A stretch of DNA of 64,000 nt from a virus (lineage: Duplodnaviria; Caudoviricetes). Each line of letters begins with the position of its first letter. Position 1 is the first letter of the stretch. This document shows, piece after piece, positions 16,261-26,991 of this stretch. The notes beneath the pieces were generated by a model. That model was not told the DNA's origin, did no database searches, and was given only the letters and a program-made list of their open reading frames with translations. The stretch is taken from the IMG/VR virus record IMGVR_UViG_3300026159_000398; one strand, written 5' to 3'. Made by a program: the position numbers and the translations under genes.

Positions 16261-19200
16261 CTTCTTCTTTAATATTTCTATTTCAGTTTTGAGGTCCTCT
16301 ATTTGTTTTGAAAGTTCTTGAACTGCTTTAACCAATGGCAATAAGAGCTTGCCATTTGAAACTTCGAGGCGGTCTGGATTGCTCTCAAGAACCATATTCA
16401 AATAGTCAGCGTCAAAATCCTTTTGTACTTGCTTGATCTCTTGAGCTATGAGACCAACATCCCATGCGTCTGATTTCTTGCTGCCATCAACCACTCCATC
16501 AGGATACCATTCACGACGGTCCCAATGGAACTTGCGAACCTTAACTGCGTTAATGAAGTTCAATCCAAGATCGAAGTCACCAATATCGGCTTTATCTCTC
16601 ATGTCTGAGAGAGCCACAATAGTTTGAGTATTGCAACGAAGTACAGTTACGTTAGCATCACCAAGAGTTATTTCGTTTGTAGCTGTGGCTGCTGAAGCTT
16701 GGGCATTGTAGCCAACAAGAGTTAAGTTACTTCCAGTTGTTATTGTATTTCCGGCTGTATAACCTATAGCAGTATTGTTATTGCCAAATGTATTTGCGCC
16801 TAAAGAACCTCTACCAACGGCAATATTCTGAATGCCTGTTGTATTGGCAATAAGTGCTCCATAACCAACAGCTACGTTACTTGCACCAGTTGTATTTACT
16901 GATAATGCTCCATGGCCAAGAGCAGTATTATAACCTCCAAATGTGTTAGCGGCTAATGTTGAAACACCAATCGCTGTGTTATATTGGCCTGTGGTATTTA
17001 AAGTAAGAGCTAATGTACCAATGGCTGTATTAAATGAAGAAACGTTGGCGTTAAGAGTATTTCTACCAACTGCTGTATTTTGAGTACCAATTACGTTAGC
17101 ACTCAAAGCTCCACTACCAATAGCGGTATTGTATTGACCTGTTGTGTTAAGAGCTAGTGCGTAATAACCAAGAGCTACGTTTCTATCACCTATTGTATTT
17201 GCAGCCAGCGTTTGGTGACCAATGGCAGTATTGTAAACTCCGGTCGTATTAGCAGCCAATGCATTACTGCCAATTGCTACGTTCTGTGTACCAATCGAGT
17301 TAGCAGTAAGAGCATTGTGGCCAATTGCAACATTATCAATACCCGTGATATTCGCATAAAGTGCTTGAAAACCAATTGCTATATTTTGGCGTCCAAATGT
17401 ATTAGTATCAAGAGTTCTATAGCCAATAGCTACATTATCATTACCAGTTCTGTTGTTCACGAGAGCTCGATATCCGAGTGCCAGATTTCTGTTTCCGAAT
17501 GTATTAGCACCTAAAGCATCTCGGCCAATGGCGAAGTTATCGGCTCCTGTTGTGTTAACTGAAAGGGCTTGATAACCAATAGCGATTAAGCTTCCAACTG
17601 TTGAAGCTGCGGCAGCAGCAAAACCTATTGCTACACTATAATTTCCTGTTACACTGGCTGTTAAAGCGTTGTAGCCAATAGCAACATTACTTGCACCGAA
17701 TGTATTAGCATCGAGGGCATAACTTCCAATAGCAATGTTGTAAGCACCGGTTGTATTCGCATTTAGCGCATTATTACCAATGGCTACGTTATCAGTTCCA
17801 ATTGTATTAACACCAAGAGTATTGGAACCAATAGCAACATTACTTACTCCTGTTGTATTGGCATCGAGAGCTTGATGACCAATGGCGATGTTATCGGTTC
17901 CAAAAGTATTGGCAATAAGAGCACTAGAACCTATTGCAACATTATATTGTCCTGTTGTATTTGCAGAAAGAGCACTCCATCCAATGCCAACATTAAAACT
18001 TGAAACGGTATTATTGAGAGTCAAATAACCAATAGCTACGTTTTGTGCACCAGTAAGATTGTTTGTTAAAGCGGATCTTCCAATAGCGACGTTAACATTA
18101 CCCCATGTATTTTTGCCACATGCATCATATCCGATAGCAACATTATGAGAACCTGTTGTATTGTCATAAAGTGCGTAACTTCCAATAGCAGTATTGTAAG
18201 CACCAATTGTATTGGCACTCAATGTGTTAGCACCAACCGCAGTATTATCCCCGCCAGTTGTATTCAAAGTAAGAGATAGATAACCAACAGCTGTGTTTCC
18301 TTGGCCTGTTGTATTGGCTTTAAGCGCTTGATAACCAACTGCAGTCCACCAGCCGTTCGCCATATTAGCAACGTTTAACGCTTCATGACCGATAGCCACG
18401 TTTCCTGAACCAGAAACATTTGCACCTAAAGTATTATATCCAATAGCGACGTTATCAACACCGATTGTATTTGCTTGAAGTGCAGCCCAGCCAACAGCGA
18501 CGTTGTTGTTGCCTGTTGTATTGCTCCAAAGTGCACTAACTCCAATGGCTACGTTATAAACTCCGAATGTATTGAAATACATTGCATTGGCGCCAACGGC
18601 TGTATTTGAATAACCTGTTGTAGTTGAATATAATGCTTGATAGCCAATAGCGGTATTCCAGCTAGTTGTGTTCGTATAAAGAGCTTGATGGCCAATGGCG
18701 GTATTGTTAACACCGATTAAATTTGTATAAAGTGCTCGATAACCAACAGCAATATTGTTTTCACCTGTTGTATTGGCATTTAATGCATAAGCTCCAACAG
18801 CGGTATTATAACGAGCGATTGTGTTGTTTGTTAATGCCCCAGCACCAATGGCTGTATTGTTTGTTCCGGTTGAGTTGGTTCCAAGTGCAGCAGCACCGAA
18901 GGCCGTGTTTCTATCACCTATATCGTTATTATAAAGTGCTAAATATCCAACAGCAGTATTTCTTACTCCAGTTGTGTTGCTTGTTAAAGCACTGTTTCCG
19001 ATTGCTGTATTGAAAGCACCAATTGTATTTGTTTGAAGTGAAGCATATCCAACCGCAGTATTACTTGCGCCAGTTGTGTTGCTTAATAAAGTATTGCTTC
19101 CAACACCAACGTTATAGTTTCCAAAAGTATTGGCACTTAATGCATTATTACCAATACCAACATTCTGAATACCTGTTGTATTGGCATCAAGTGCGGCATT

Positions 19201-22200
19201 TCCAATTGCTAAGTTGGCCACACCAGTAGTATTAAGTGTAAGTGCATTGTAGCCAATAGCAATGTTATAATGTCCAAATGTATTGCTATAAAGAGCTTGC
19301 CATCCAACAGCTACGTTATGATTTCCAGTTATGTTGTTAAACATTGCTTCGTTGCCAATTGCAACGTTATCATAACCATAAGTATTGGATGACATTGCGT
19401 TATAACCAACAGCTGTATTTTGAAAACCAGATACGTTTGCAGCTAAAGTACCAAGGCCGATTGCTGTGTTATAATTACCTGTTACATTGTTGCCTAAAGC
19501 GTTGTAACCTAAAGCAGTATTGTAATTTCCAAATGTATTGTTATGAAGCGCATAATAACCAACGGCTGTATTTTGTGCACCGGTTGTATTGACCAATAAT
19601 GCTTGAGAACCCAATGCTGTATTGCTTGCAATGTCTCCAGCACCCAAACCAATTGTGAGCGAATGAACGGTAAGATCATTTGCAATTGGCTCTAAGAAAA
19701 TTGATGCACGAGTTACTCTCTTCTTATTCCAAGAATCTGCGCTATCTTCAATAATGAATTCATCAAGATCAACTACTGGTGTTTTAGCATCTACGACGTG
19801 AATTTCATTTGGCACATTTGTATGAAGAGCGTAAATGTCTGTAATTGTTGTTGCTAATTCAGACGCGCGATATGGAAGAACGTGAATCGTATTTGCATCT
19901 TCAACAAACAATACTGGATTGCTGAATCCTGTTTCTGGTTCTGTCGCAGTCAAAACACCAGCAGAAGTCGTGCTTACGAAGTAGAATGTTTCAACTGTCA
20001 ATCCATGAGCTGTTATTGTGAATCGACCAGACTGAGCAGCAACAAAGCTATCAAGACCAGTTACTTCTGTAATAACATGAGTAGCCAACGTTAATGAGTT
20101 GTCTGCTAATGCCGCTTTCCAGATACCTGCATCAAAATAGATTGGTGTGAGTACTGTGAATCCATGACCAGTTTGAGCAACAGTAAACGTTGTGCCGGCG
20201 CTTCCACCAGATACTAAATCATCAAGTGTATCAAGAGCTTTTTGGACTGTGTCATCTGCTACAGACAAATTATTGTTAAAATTATCTGTATTAACTGAAA
20301 TACTTGAAGCACTTGTAGCTCCAAGAATTAAGTTGTCTATTGTATCAAGAGCTTTTTGAACTGTGTCATCTGCCGCAGACAAGTTATTATTGAAGTTACT
20401 TGTATCTGTTGGTATTGTAGAGGCGGTGGGCGATGGGCCTGCGGCTCCAATAACAGTACCAGTAGAAGTTGAAACTCGGATGTTGATAAAAGTAGCATCA
20501 ACAAGCTTGATATGTGTGTTTGTAAAAAGACCCGTCGTATTATATAAGAATGTCAAACGATAGATTGGCACAATTTCTTGAATAGCAAGAGCAGCTAAAC
20601 CAGATAGATTATTAAATGACCATCCAGATTCAGAAAGTGTTGTTGTTAAATTAGAACCCACAGATTGCGATTGACCCATAATCGCAATCAATGGTTGGCT
20701 CGTCATGTTTGTTGCACAAAGATATACACAATAGTATCTGTTGGCGGTCATATTGCTCCAACCGCCAGTTGGGTTATTATATTGTGCCGTCATTGAAGCA
20801 ATTGTAGATGCATCTACAGCGGCTCCACCACTTACACCAAGAAAGTCAGTAGTCGGATTTAATCTTCTCCAAGTATAAACTCCACCAACATAACTATCAA
20901 TGTAGAATATTGGAATGCGAGCACCAATTACTATGGCATCTCCTGATACCATTCCAGCTACTGTTGCAACCGTGAAAGATGTACCTGTTCCACCAGCTGA
21001 AATTGTTGTTGTACCACGAACAATAGTAGTGTTTCCTTGCATAACTGTGACAGCTTGTCCAGTCACAAGTGTGTGTGATGTTGAAAATACTATGGTTGTG
21101 TCGTTGGTTCCTACTGTTGCTAATGCCGTAAAACCAAGGAATTGTTCTACCGTAAGAGCCCAATCTGTATATGGAGCTGCAGTTGTAGAAGCTATTGAAG
21201 CGTCAGTGTGGACAATCGCATTACGTATATCTTCATCAAAAAATGAGCCGCTAGAAATTTGAACTTGAGCACGTCCAAAGTTGTCGTTTGTATTTCCCGA
21301 AAGATTAGTAAGTCCATTGTATTGATTGAAAATAAAACCACTATTGTAAACAGCACCTTGCGCGTGGTTTCTTGCGTGTTGGAAAATATCACGGCCTGCG
21401 GTGTGACGTTCTTCACCAATCCATGTGATATTGGTTGTTACTGAATTATAACGAAAATTCCACAAGAGAACATCAGGACTATAAATATCCCAAGGAATTT
21501 GTGTTAATACAAGAACTGGAGTAGCAACATCAGTTGTTGTTTTATCGATATATAAGAACCATAGACCTTCAGCGGCAGTTGCACTTATTGTATATGCTGA
21601 AATATTTCCAGCAGTAACGGTAAATTTCTTTCCATTAATGTAGTAACTAAAAGAGGTGTTTGCCCCAACAAATGAAATTGTAGCTACAATATCAGGAGCA
21701 GAATATGTAATAGCAACTTTAAATTTTCCGCGTTCACTCCATGGAACACCAGTTGCTAATTTAGTGTCAAGGCCGTAATTAACAAAGTTTCTATTTAAAG
21801 AACTGATTGTCACATCAGTAAAAGAAGGAGAATCAGTTGTGTTGATTGCTTGATCTGAATGGTAGAATGATGATGTGTCAACATCGCCACCTTGGAGTCC
21901 TGATAAACCATTGTGAATAGTTATACCAGAGAAAACCATTGTTGTTGCAGTATCTATCTTTGATGCTGTTGAAGCACCAGTTGCTACAATAATACGTCCA
22001 ACCAACATGCTGAAAGTTGTAAACAATGCTGGCAAGTTAGAAGGTGGAGTACTTGCTGCGGCATCTGCCAACGTTCCATAAGCGCTTGTTCCAAGAACAA
22101 CCAAAGTTTGTAAAGAGTTTTGAGTAAGAACACGGTAAATCCAGTTGACAGCGTATTTATTTGGCGTCAGAGCAACAAGATTTGTTCCGTTGTCGTATTG

Positions 22201-23928
22201 TGAATTATTATATTGTGTAATAGTGGTTGATGTCCATACCCCGGCTGAGTGGTAGTACAAAGTCATTTCTTGACCACCGACATCAGACTTAATGGCATCC
22301 AATGTTACATTAGCGGCTCCATACCATACTTTACCCGATGAGATGTTGACAACACGAGTTGCGCTTTCTGTGATAATTAAACTATTTGGTTCTGCATGGA
22401 AGCGGTCTGTTTTAACCAATCGATGTGAGAGTTTGTTTGAGAGGCCTTGAGCCATCAAATCCCACATGAGATAATAGATTGTGCCACCATTATTGAAAAC
22501 AGTCACAATAGGAATTACGTTACTTTGATTGATTGGAGTAACGTCCGTAATCATCTCTACAATAGGATTTCCACTATTGTAGTTGGCTACGATGTAGCTC
22601 GTAACTCCAGAAGTCGGATTAAATGTTCCACCTGCAATTTTGTATCTATTCAGCGATGGGCTGTAATATGTGTCATCATCGTAAAGAAGATATTCACCAG
22701 TTCCAACTGTTATAGAACCAGCTCCTGTACTTATTGATGGGCTTATAAAAATACCAGCACTATCATAGAACACGTAATCTGGCATTTCTTCGACAGAATC
22801 GAAGTATGGGTGCATTACCCCTTCATCTGCTCCCACTTCTATAGCGGCAAAACCAATGTACACACAGTGGTCACGAAGAATTAAGGGCGGTTCAGGAGGA
22901 AGTTCTTGGTGACATTCATCTTCATTGTAGTGTTGTACAGTTCCAAGAGTATAGAATACTTCTCGAACATCGCCAATACTTCTATAGAAGTAACGATTTA
23001 CCCAACGGTTTGCTGTACCGGCGACGGCATTTGTACCATTGTCGTAAAGAGAATTATCGTAGTATGTTTCATGTGTGTATGTCCACACTCCGCCAACGTG
23101 ATTAACACGTGTAAGAGTATGCGTACTTGAATCAAATGGGTTGACAACTATTGGTGTTACACCGGCATAGACTATCGCACTTGTAACAACAACTGTACGA
23201 TAATGTGGCGAACTTGATTCACTGATAATGAGTCCTTTGTCGATTGAACGTCTGTATGATACAGTGTTGTACGCCCAACGGTGAATTTTGTTTGCAAGTC
23301 CAAGACCAAAAGTATCATCACCAATAGAGTGAATTGTTGAATCTTGTCTCCAACAAACAAAGACGGTAAAAATAGAAGAACCATTGATTAAATATTTATT
23401 GGTTTCTTTGCGGCAAATTGGTGTGCCACCATTGTAATCAACAACAACATACTCTTCTGTATTTTCAGTAAAAGTAAGAGTTACTTCAGGAATTGTAAAT
23501 GCTTTAAGAATTCCAGTATAATCAGCATTAGGATATACAAAAGCTACGAATGAACTTATTGTTGCTGTACCATCATTATTATCTGTAAGTGTAGGTTCGG
23601 TAATTGGACCTGCATCTTGTGGAAAAGTAGAATAAGTATTTACTACACCAGCTTCGGCGTATAATACACCATTCTTTGTCAAGAAATTCAAATTGGTAAT
23701 ATTTGCAGTTGTAATATTGCCAGTCGTAATATTATCAGTTGTGATATTGGCAGTGTCAAGATTGGCAGTTGTGGCGCCAAGTGTAGTTATTGTGGCGCTT
23801 GTGGCTCCAAGAGTTGTTATGTCGGCTTCTAACGCGTTTAATCCAGCAGCAGAAAGATCAAGAGTATCACCGTCTTGAATTTGCTGCTTAAGACCACTGT
23901 TGAGAACTAATGGTTTTCTATCTGCCAT
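16258..23928 (-). CDS. Long tail fibre/adhesin (2556 aa) with a beta-repeat shaft and C-terminal peptidase S74 chaperone
   Basis: About 70 tandem 14-aa repeats N(T/V)A(I/V)GxxALxxNTxG, then LSDMRDK...GLIAQE...LVKAVQEL and a terminal coiled coil. Confidence 0.88.
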   Translation of the reverse strand: MADRKPLVLNSGLKQQIQDGDTLDLSAAGLNALEADITTLGATSATITTLGATTANLDTANITTDNITTGNITTANITNLNFLTKNGVLYAEAGVVNTYSTFPQDAGPITEPTLTDNNDGTATISSFVAFVYPNADYTGILKAFTIPEVTLTFTENTEEYVVVDYNGGTPICRKETNKYLINGSSIFTVFVCWRQDSTIHSIGDDTFGLGLANKIHRWAYNTVSYRRSIDKGLIISESSSPHYRTVVVTSAIVYAGVTPIVVNPFDSSTHTLTRVNHVGGVWTYTHETYYDNSLYDNGTNAVAGTANRWVNRYFYRSIGDVREVFYTLGTVQHYNEDECHQELPPEPPLILRDHCVYIGFAAIEVGADEGVMHPYFDSVEEMPDYVFYDSAGIFISPSISTGAGSITVGTGEYLLYDDDTYYSPSLNRYKIAGGTFNPTSGVTSYIVANYNSGNPIVEMITDVTPINQSNVIPIVTVFNNGGTIYYLMWDLMAQGLSNKLSHRLVKTDRFHAEPNSLIITESATRVVNISSGKVWYGAANVTLDAIKSDVGGQEMTLYYHSAGVWTSTTITQYNNSQYDNGTNLVALTPNKYAVNWIYRVLTQNSLQTLVVLGTSAYGTLADAAASTPPSNLPALFTTFSMLVGRIIVATGASTASKIDTATTMVFSGITIHNGLSGLQGGDVDTSSFYHSDQAINTTDSPSFTDVTISSLNRNFVNYGLDTKLATGVPWSERGKFKVAITYSAPDIVATISFVGANTSFSYYINGKKFTVTAGNISAYTISATAAEGLWFLYIDKTTTDVATPVLVLTQIPWDIYSPDVLLWNFRYNSVTTNITWIGEERHTAGRDIFQHARNHAQGAVYNSGFIFNQYNGLTNLSGNTNDNFGRAQVQISSGSFFDEDIRNAIVHTDASIASTTAAPYTDWALTVEQFLGFTALATVGTNDTTIVFSTSHTLVTGQAVTVMQGNTTIVRGTTTISAGGTGTSFTVATVAGMVSGDAIVIGARIPIFYIDSYVGGVYTWRRLNPTTDFLGVSGGAAVDASTIASMTAQYNNPTGGWSNMTANRYYCVYLCATNMTSQPLIAIMGQSQSVGSNLTTTLSESGWSFNNLSGLAALAIQEIVPIYRLTFLYNTTGLFTNTHIKLVDATFINIRVSTSTGTVIGAAGPSPTASTIPTDTSNFNNNLSAADDTVQKALDTIDNLILGATSASSISVNTDNFNNNLSVADDTVQKALDTLDDLVSGGSAGTTFTVAQTGHGFTVLTPIYFDAGIWKAALADNSLTLATHVITEVTGLDSFVAAQSGRFTITAHGLTVETFYFVSTTSAGVLTATEPETGFSNPVLFVEDANTIHVLPYRASELATTITDIYALHTNVPNEIHVVDAKTPVVDLDEFIIEDSADSWNKKRVTRASIFLEPIANDLTVHSLTIGLGAGDIASNTALGSQALLVNTTGAQNTAVGYYALHNNTFGNYNTALGYNALGNNVTGNYNTAIGLGTLAANVSGFQNTAVGYNAMSSNTYGYDNVAIGNEAMFNNITGNHNVAVGWQALYSNTFGHYNIAIGYNALTLNTTGVANLAIGNAALDANTTGIQNVGIGNNALSANTFGNYNVGVGSNTLLSNTTGASNTAVGYASLQTNTIGAFNTAIGNSALTSNTTGVRNTAVGYLALYNNDIGDRNTAFGAAALGTNSTGTNNTAIGAGALTNNTIARYNTAVGAYALNANTTGENNIAVGYRALYTNLIGVNNTAIGHQALYTNTTSWNTAIGYQALYSTTTGYSNTAVGANAMYFNTFGVYNVAIGVSALWSNTTGNNNVAVGWAALQANTIGVDNVAIGYNTLGANVSGSGNVAIGHEALNVANMANGWWTAVGYQALKANTTGQGNTAVGYLSLTLNTTGGDNTAVGANTLSANTIGAYNTAIGSYALYDNTTGSHNVAIGYDACGKNTWGNVNVAIGRSALTNNLTGAQNVAIGYLTLNNTVSSFNVGIGWSALSANTTGQYNVAIGSSALIANTFGTDNIAIGHQALDANTTGVSNVAIGSNTLGVNTIGTDNVAIGNNALNANTTGAYNIAIGSYALDANTFGASNVAIGYNALTASVTGNYSVAIGFAAAAASTVGSLIAIGYQALSVNTTGADNFAIGRDALGANTFGNRNLALGYRALVNNRTGNDNVAIGYRTLDTNTFGRQNIAIGFQALYANITGIDNVAIGHNALTANSIGTQNVAIGSNALAANTTGVYNTAIGHQTLAANTIGDRNVALGYYALALNTTGQYNTAIGSGALSANVIGTQNTAVGRNTLNANVSSFNTAIGTLALTLNTTGQYNTAIGVSTLAANTFGGYNTALGHGALSVNTTGASNVAVGYGALIANTTGIQNIAVGRGSLGANTFGNNNTAIGYTAGNTITTGSNLTLVGYNAQASAATATNEITLGDANVTVLRCNTQTIVALSDMRDKADIGDFDLGLNFINAVKVRKFHWDRREWYPDGVVDGSKKSDAWDVGLIAQEIKQVQKDFDADYLNMVLESNPDRLEVSNGKLLLPLVKAVQELSKQIEDLKTEIEILKKK
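16700..19630 (-). repeat. Degenerate 42-bp (14-aa) coding repeat array in the tail fibre
   Basis: NTAIGxxALxxNTTG periodicity is visible in both protein and DNA; boundaries are approximate. Confidence 0.9.
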
Positions 23929-23934
23929 AATTTC

Positions 23935-24402
23935 CTACAATTGAATTGGGTCGTTGATTCGTATATCCAATTTGGTTGTTGTCAAAGCGATTCCAACCAA
24001 TGTAATAAATCCTGTTGTTGGTGGACTTTCAGTCAATCGTCCACTTGTTGAATCTAAAAAGTAATATGCATCAGGCGTCAGTGCTGCAGTTCCAGTAATA
24101 CTTGTCCAAACAGCCAATTCTAATTGACCACTTACTTGAACAATAGCAGAACCACCACTCACAACAGAAGCATCATAACAAAGGCCACAAACTTTTGATG
24201 CAGCCAAAGAAGTATTGATAGCACGTCTTACGTTGCCTGAAGAATGAATATATAATGGCATTCCTTTTGTAATGGTAACTGCATCGTTGTTTGTCATTGG
24301 CGCGGTGATATTCAGATTTTGAACATCACCACTTATGACGTCCCCAGCAGGAAGAACGTATTTTGTTCCATCGATATAAACTAAAGGTCTTCGTGCTGTC
24401 AT
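23935..24402 (-). CDS. Small fibre-associated virion protein (DUF2190/cement-like)
   Basis: MTARRPLV resembles the fibre start MADRKPLV; contains the [10 protein letters not shown]...G.LT..PP.TG motif. Confidence 0.55.
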   Translation of the reverse strand: MTARRPLVYIDGTKYVLPAGDVISGDVQNLNITAPMTNNDAVTITKGMPLYIHSSGNVRRAINTSLAASKVCGLCYDASVVSGGSAIVQVSGQLELAVWTSITGTAALTPDAYYFLDSTSGRLTESPPTTGFITLVGIALTTTKLDIRINDPIQL

Positions 24403-25085
24403 AGTACTATTGATTCCGAAAGATGAACATAAATTCTAGTAGCTGTAATCGCTTGACCAACTTTTGTACTGAATCCAGTTGATGGAGGTGTATCAGAAAT
24501 TGTAGTTCCATTTAAGAACAGAACTGCACCAGGGTCAAATGTCCATGATGGATTTGTAACTTCACCTTCAGCAACTGCGTCTGCATAATTACCAGCAGCA
24601 ACATCTTCAGTAAGAATTCCAGCTATGCGATTGACATGATTAAGGTCGCTTGAATCGGCAGGACCACCCATAATGGTGACAACAGAGAATGCTGATAAAT
24701 CAACGTCACTAATTATTCGTTTAAGAACAGCGGCAGTTGTTAAACTACCAGGGCCAGGAATTCCAGGGTCGCCTTTATCGCCTTTTTCACCTTGAATTCC
24801 TTGTGGACCAGCAGGTCCTTGAGGACCCATAGGTCCCTGAGCGCCAGTGGCGCCAGCTGCTCCTTTTTCTCCACGTAATCCATAAGGACCTTGTGGGCCT
24901 TGTGGACCCGGAGGGCCTTGTGGACCCGGAGGGCCTTGTGGGCCAGCAGGACCAGCTGGACCTTGAAAACCTTGGAGACCGCGTTTGCCTCTATCTCCTT
25001 GATTTCCTTGTTCACCTTGTAATCCCGGATCGCCTTTTACACCACGGTCGCCTTTCGTTCCTTTTAATGTGATTGCGTCGCCCAT
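24399..25085 (-). CDS. Collagen-like fibre protein
   Basis: About 35 uninterrupted Gly-X-Y triplets followed by a globular C-terminal domain. Confidence 0.85.
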   Translation of the reverse strand: MGDAITLKGTKGDRGVKGDPGLQGEQGNQGDRGKRGLQGFQGPAGPAGPQGPPGPQGPPGPQGPQGPYGLRGEKGAAGATGAQGPMGPQGPAGPQGIQGEKGDKGDPGIPGPGSLTTAAVLKRIISDVDLSAFSVVTIMGGPADSSDLNHVNRIAGILTEDVAAGNYADAVAEGEVTNPSWTFDPGAVLFLNGTTISDTPPSTGFSTKVGQAITATRIYVHLSESIVL

Positions 25086-25088
25086 GGT

Positions 25089-25397
25089 TTATTTTCCGGT
25101 CAAATTGTAAATATTGCCGTCCCTATCAATTAAAGTGGTGATTTGATTTAAAATTTCTTCAGCGCGTGCTTCTATTTCTTGAGGAGATTTTGTCCAATCA
25201 AACATGTAGTAAGCATATTTTTCAGAATCTTTTGCGAAAGTAACCAAAAGTTTTGCTGTGAGTTTGTTTTTCTTCAATAAGGAAATAAGTTCATAAAAAA
25301 ATTCTTGGACATCTTTGCTTTGAACGCCAAATTTTTTTACAAACTTGTCTTGCAACATCTTATTGATGATAATGTAGTTCTTTGTTGGTTGAACCAT
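25089..25397 (-). CDS. Hypothetical protein
   Basis: ORF coupled within the structural operon. Confidence 0.6.
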   Translation of the reverse strand: MVQPTKNYIIINKMLQDKFVKKFGVQSKDVQEFFYELISLLKKNKLTAKLLVTFAKDSEKYAYYMFDWTKSPQEIEARAEEILNQITTLIDRDGNIYNLTGK

Positions 25398-25603
25398 TAC
25401 TTGTTCTCCTCAAGACGCTTCACCTTCTGTTCAAGAACCTTAATCTTCGCCCAAAGTATTTGGATGAGTTTATGGTCTCTCGCTATATTATTATATTCAT
25501 CGCTGAAGTCTGAATTTAATAATTCTTTTTCCGATAATTCATCAATAATTTTTCCCATATCGGAATATTCAACAACTTGTTTAAGTTCGAATTCTTTTGC
25601 CAT
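25397..25603 (-). CDS. Hypothetical protein
   Basis: 68-aa ORF; its start lies inside the 3' end of the GIY-YIG gene. Confidence 0.55.
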   Translation of the reverse strand: MAKEFELKQVVEYSDMGKIIDELSEKELLNSDFSDEYNNIARDHKLIQILWAKIKVLEQKVKRLEENK

Positions 25604-26225
25604 AATATCCCCACTTAATTAATCGTTTTTGAATTATATTGTATGTACAATTGAATTGTTTTGCAATATTTCTTAACGATTTACCTTCATTTCGTAATTT
25701 AATAATATTAAACTGTTGTTCATCAAGATCTTTTCTATATTTAGGGTCATTCAATCCACTATTTGGTATTCTTCGAATAGTATTAAAATTTTTAATTTTT
25801 CTTATAATTGTACTCTCTGAACAATTATATTGAAAAGCAATTTGTTTATACGTGAAACCTTTTTTACGTAATTTAATTAATCTATTAAGATTAATATCTA
25901 AATCTTTTCTATAATTTGGATGATTTTCTCCAGGTTTATTTCCTATACCGCCTAGTGCTACATTATAAACTTTACCAAATAAAGAATAATAAAAAATAAA
26001 GTATGATTCCATTTGATTCATTTCATCAATACTATCACAATGCAATAAGATATTCCAAATAAAATTTTCTTGACCATACTTTCTAATTGCTCTATAAAAT
26101 AGAGTATCTGTATTATAATGCAATGCATGATAAAGATGTTGGTGCATTCTTTCTTTAAGTGTTTTAGATGTAGCACCAATATAAATATTATGATTTAAAA
26201 TATTTGTTGCACTATAAATAATCAT
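25581..26225 (-). CDS. GIY-YIG homing endonuclease with two C-terminal HTH-like repeats
   Basis: IIYSATN..NIYIGAT...R..QH, AIRKYG, E, YN..GG; duplicated YRKDLD...IKLR..G....IA.Q.NC repeat. Confidence 0.85.
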   Translation of the reverse strand: MIIYSATNILNHNIYIGATSKTLKERMHQHLYHALHYNTDTLFYRAIRKYGQENFIWNILLHCDSIDEMNQMESYFIFYYSLFGKVYNVALGGIGNKPGENHPNYRKDLDINLNRLIKLRKKGFTYKQIAFQYNCSESTIIRKIKNFNTIRRIPNSGLNDPKYRKDLDEQQFNIIKLRNEGKSLRNIAKQFNCTYNIIQKRLIKWGYYGKRIRT

Positions 26226-26226
26226 A

Positions 26227-26982
26227 TTAACGGAACAATTCTAGTGAATAATCAAGTATTCGTGCTGGAGTTTTCAAATCAATATAAGAACCGTCTGCTG
26301 TTTCTGGCAAATTAAACGACATCAACAATCGAGCATTGGTTGCTTTTGGAATATATCTAATTTGAATAATCGAGCCTGCTGGAGGTGGAATGAAAAATCG
26401 AATTGATGGATAAAAATTTTCACCGACTTCTTCATCATCAAAGTTAGGTGGATTTGCGCCAAACACTATCGAGAGGTCGTATGGAGATTTCCACGTAATT
26501 CCACCATCATCACTGAAGCTATGAATTGCGCTAGCCATGTGTTCACCAGAAAGAGTGAATATTGTTTGCGCTCCATTAGCAGTAAATGACTGAACTTTTG
26601 TGATTTCTGTTTTAGCGCCGATTGTAATGTCATTAAACAAATGAACATTATTTGAACCTTCTTTCCACAAGAGCAACATTGCCGTTGAAGGATTTGCTGG
26701 TTCACAATCTTCTTGAATGTAGTAACCGTCAACTTGAAGATTTCCACCAGCTAATGCTTGACCCAATCCATTATTACGTATGATTATTTCATATTGAATA
26801 TCAGGATTTGGAAGCTTATACCACCAAGTAAATGTCTCAAATGGCAAATCTACATCATCTGGAATATAGAGGTCAAATGATGTGTCATGAATTGCAGCGC
26901 CAGATTCTTTTTCAAGAATAACTACACGCGCTATTGGTGCTTCTTCGTTTCTGCGAAATTTTATTCCAATATACTTTGCCAT
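26227..26982 (-). CDS. Putative virion structural protein
   Basis: Beta-rich, FTANGAQTIFTL motif; located in the tail operon. Confidence 0.55.
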   Translation of the reverse strand: MAKYIGIKFRRNEEAPIARVVILEKESGAAIHDTSFDLYIPDDVDLPFETFTWWYKLPNPDIQYEIIIRNNGLGQALAGGNLQVDGYYIQEDCEPANPSTAMLLLWKEGSNNVHLFNDITIGAKTEITKVQSFTANGAQTIFTLSGEHMASAIHSFSDDGGITWKSPYDLSIVFGANPPNFDDEEVGENFYPSIRFFIPPPAGSIIQIRYIPKATNARLLMSFNLPETADGSYIDLKTPARILDYSLELFR

Positions 26983-26991
26983 AGTTCCTCG

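Noticed and set aside
16700-19630. CRISPR array or DGR-like repeats
   Set aside because: The periodicity is a degenerate 42-bp coding repeat with no constant repeat/unique spacer pattern, and there is no reverse transcriptase in the window.
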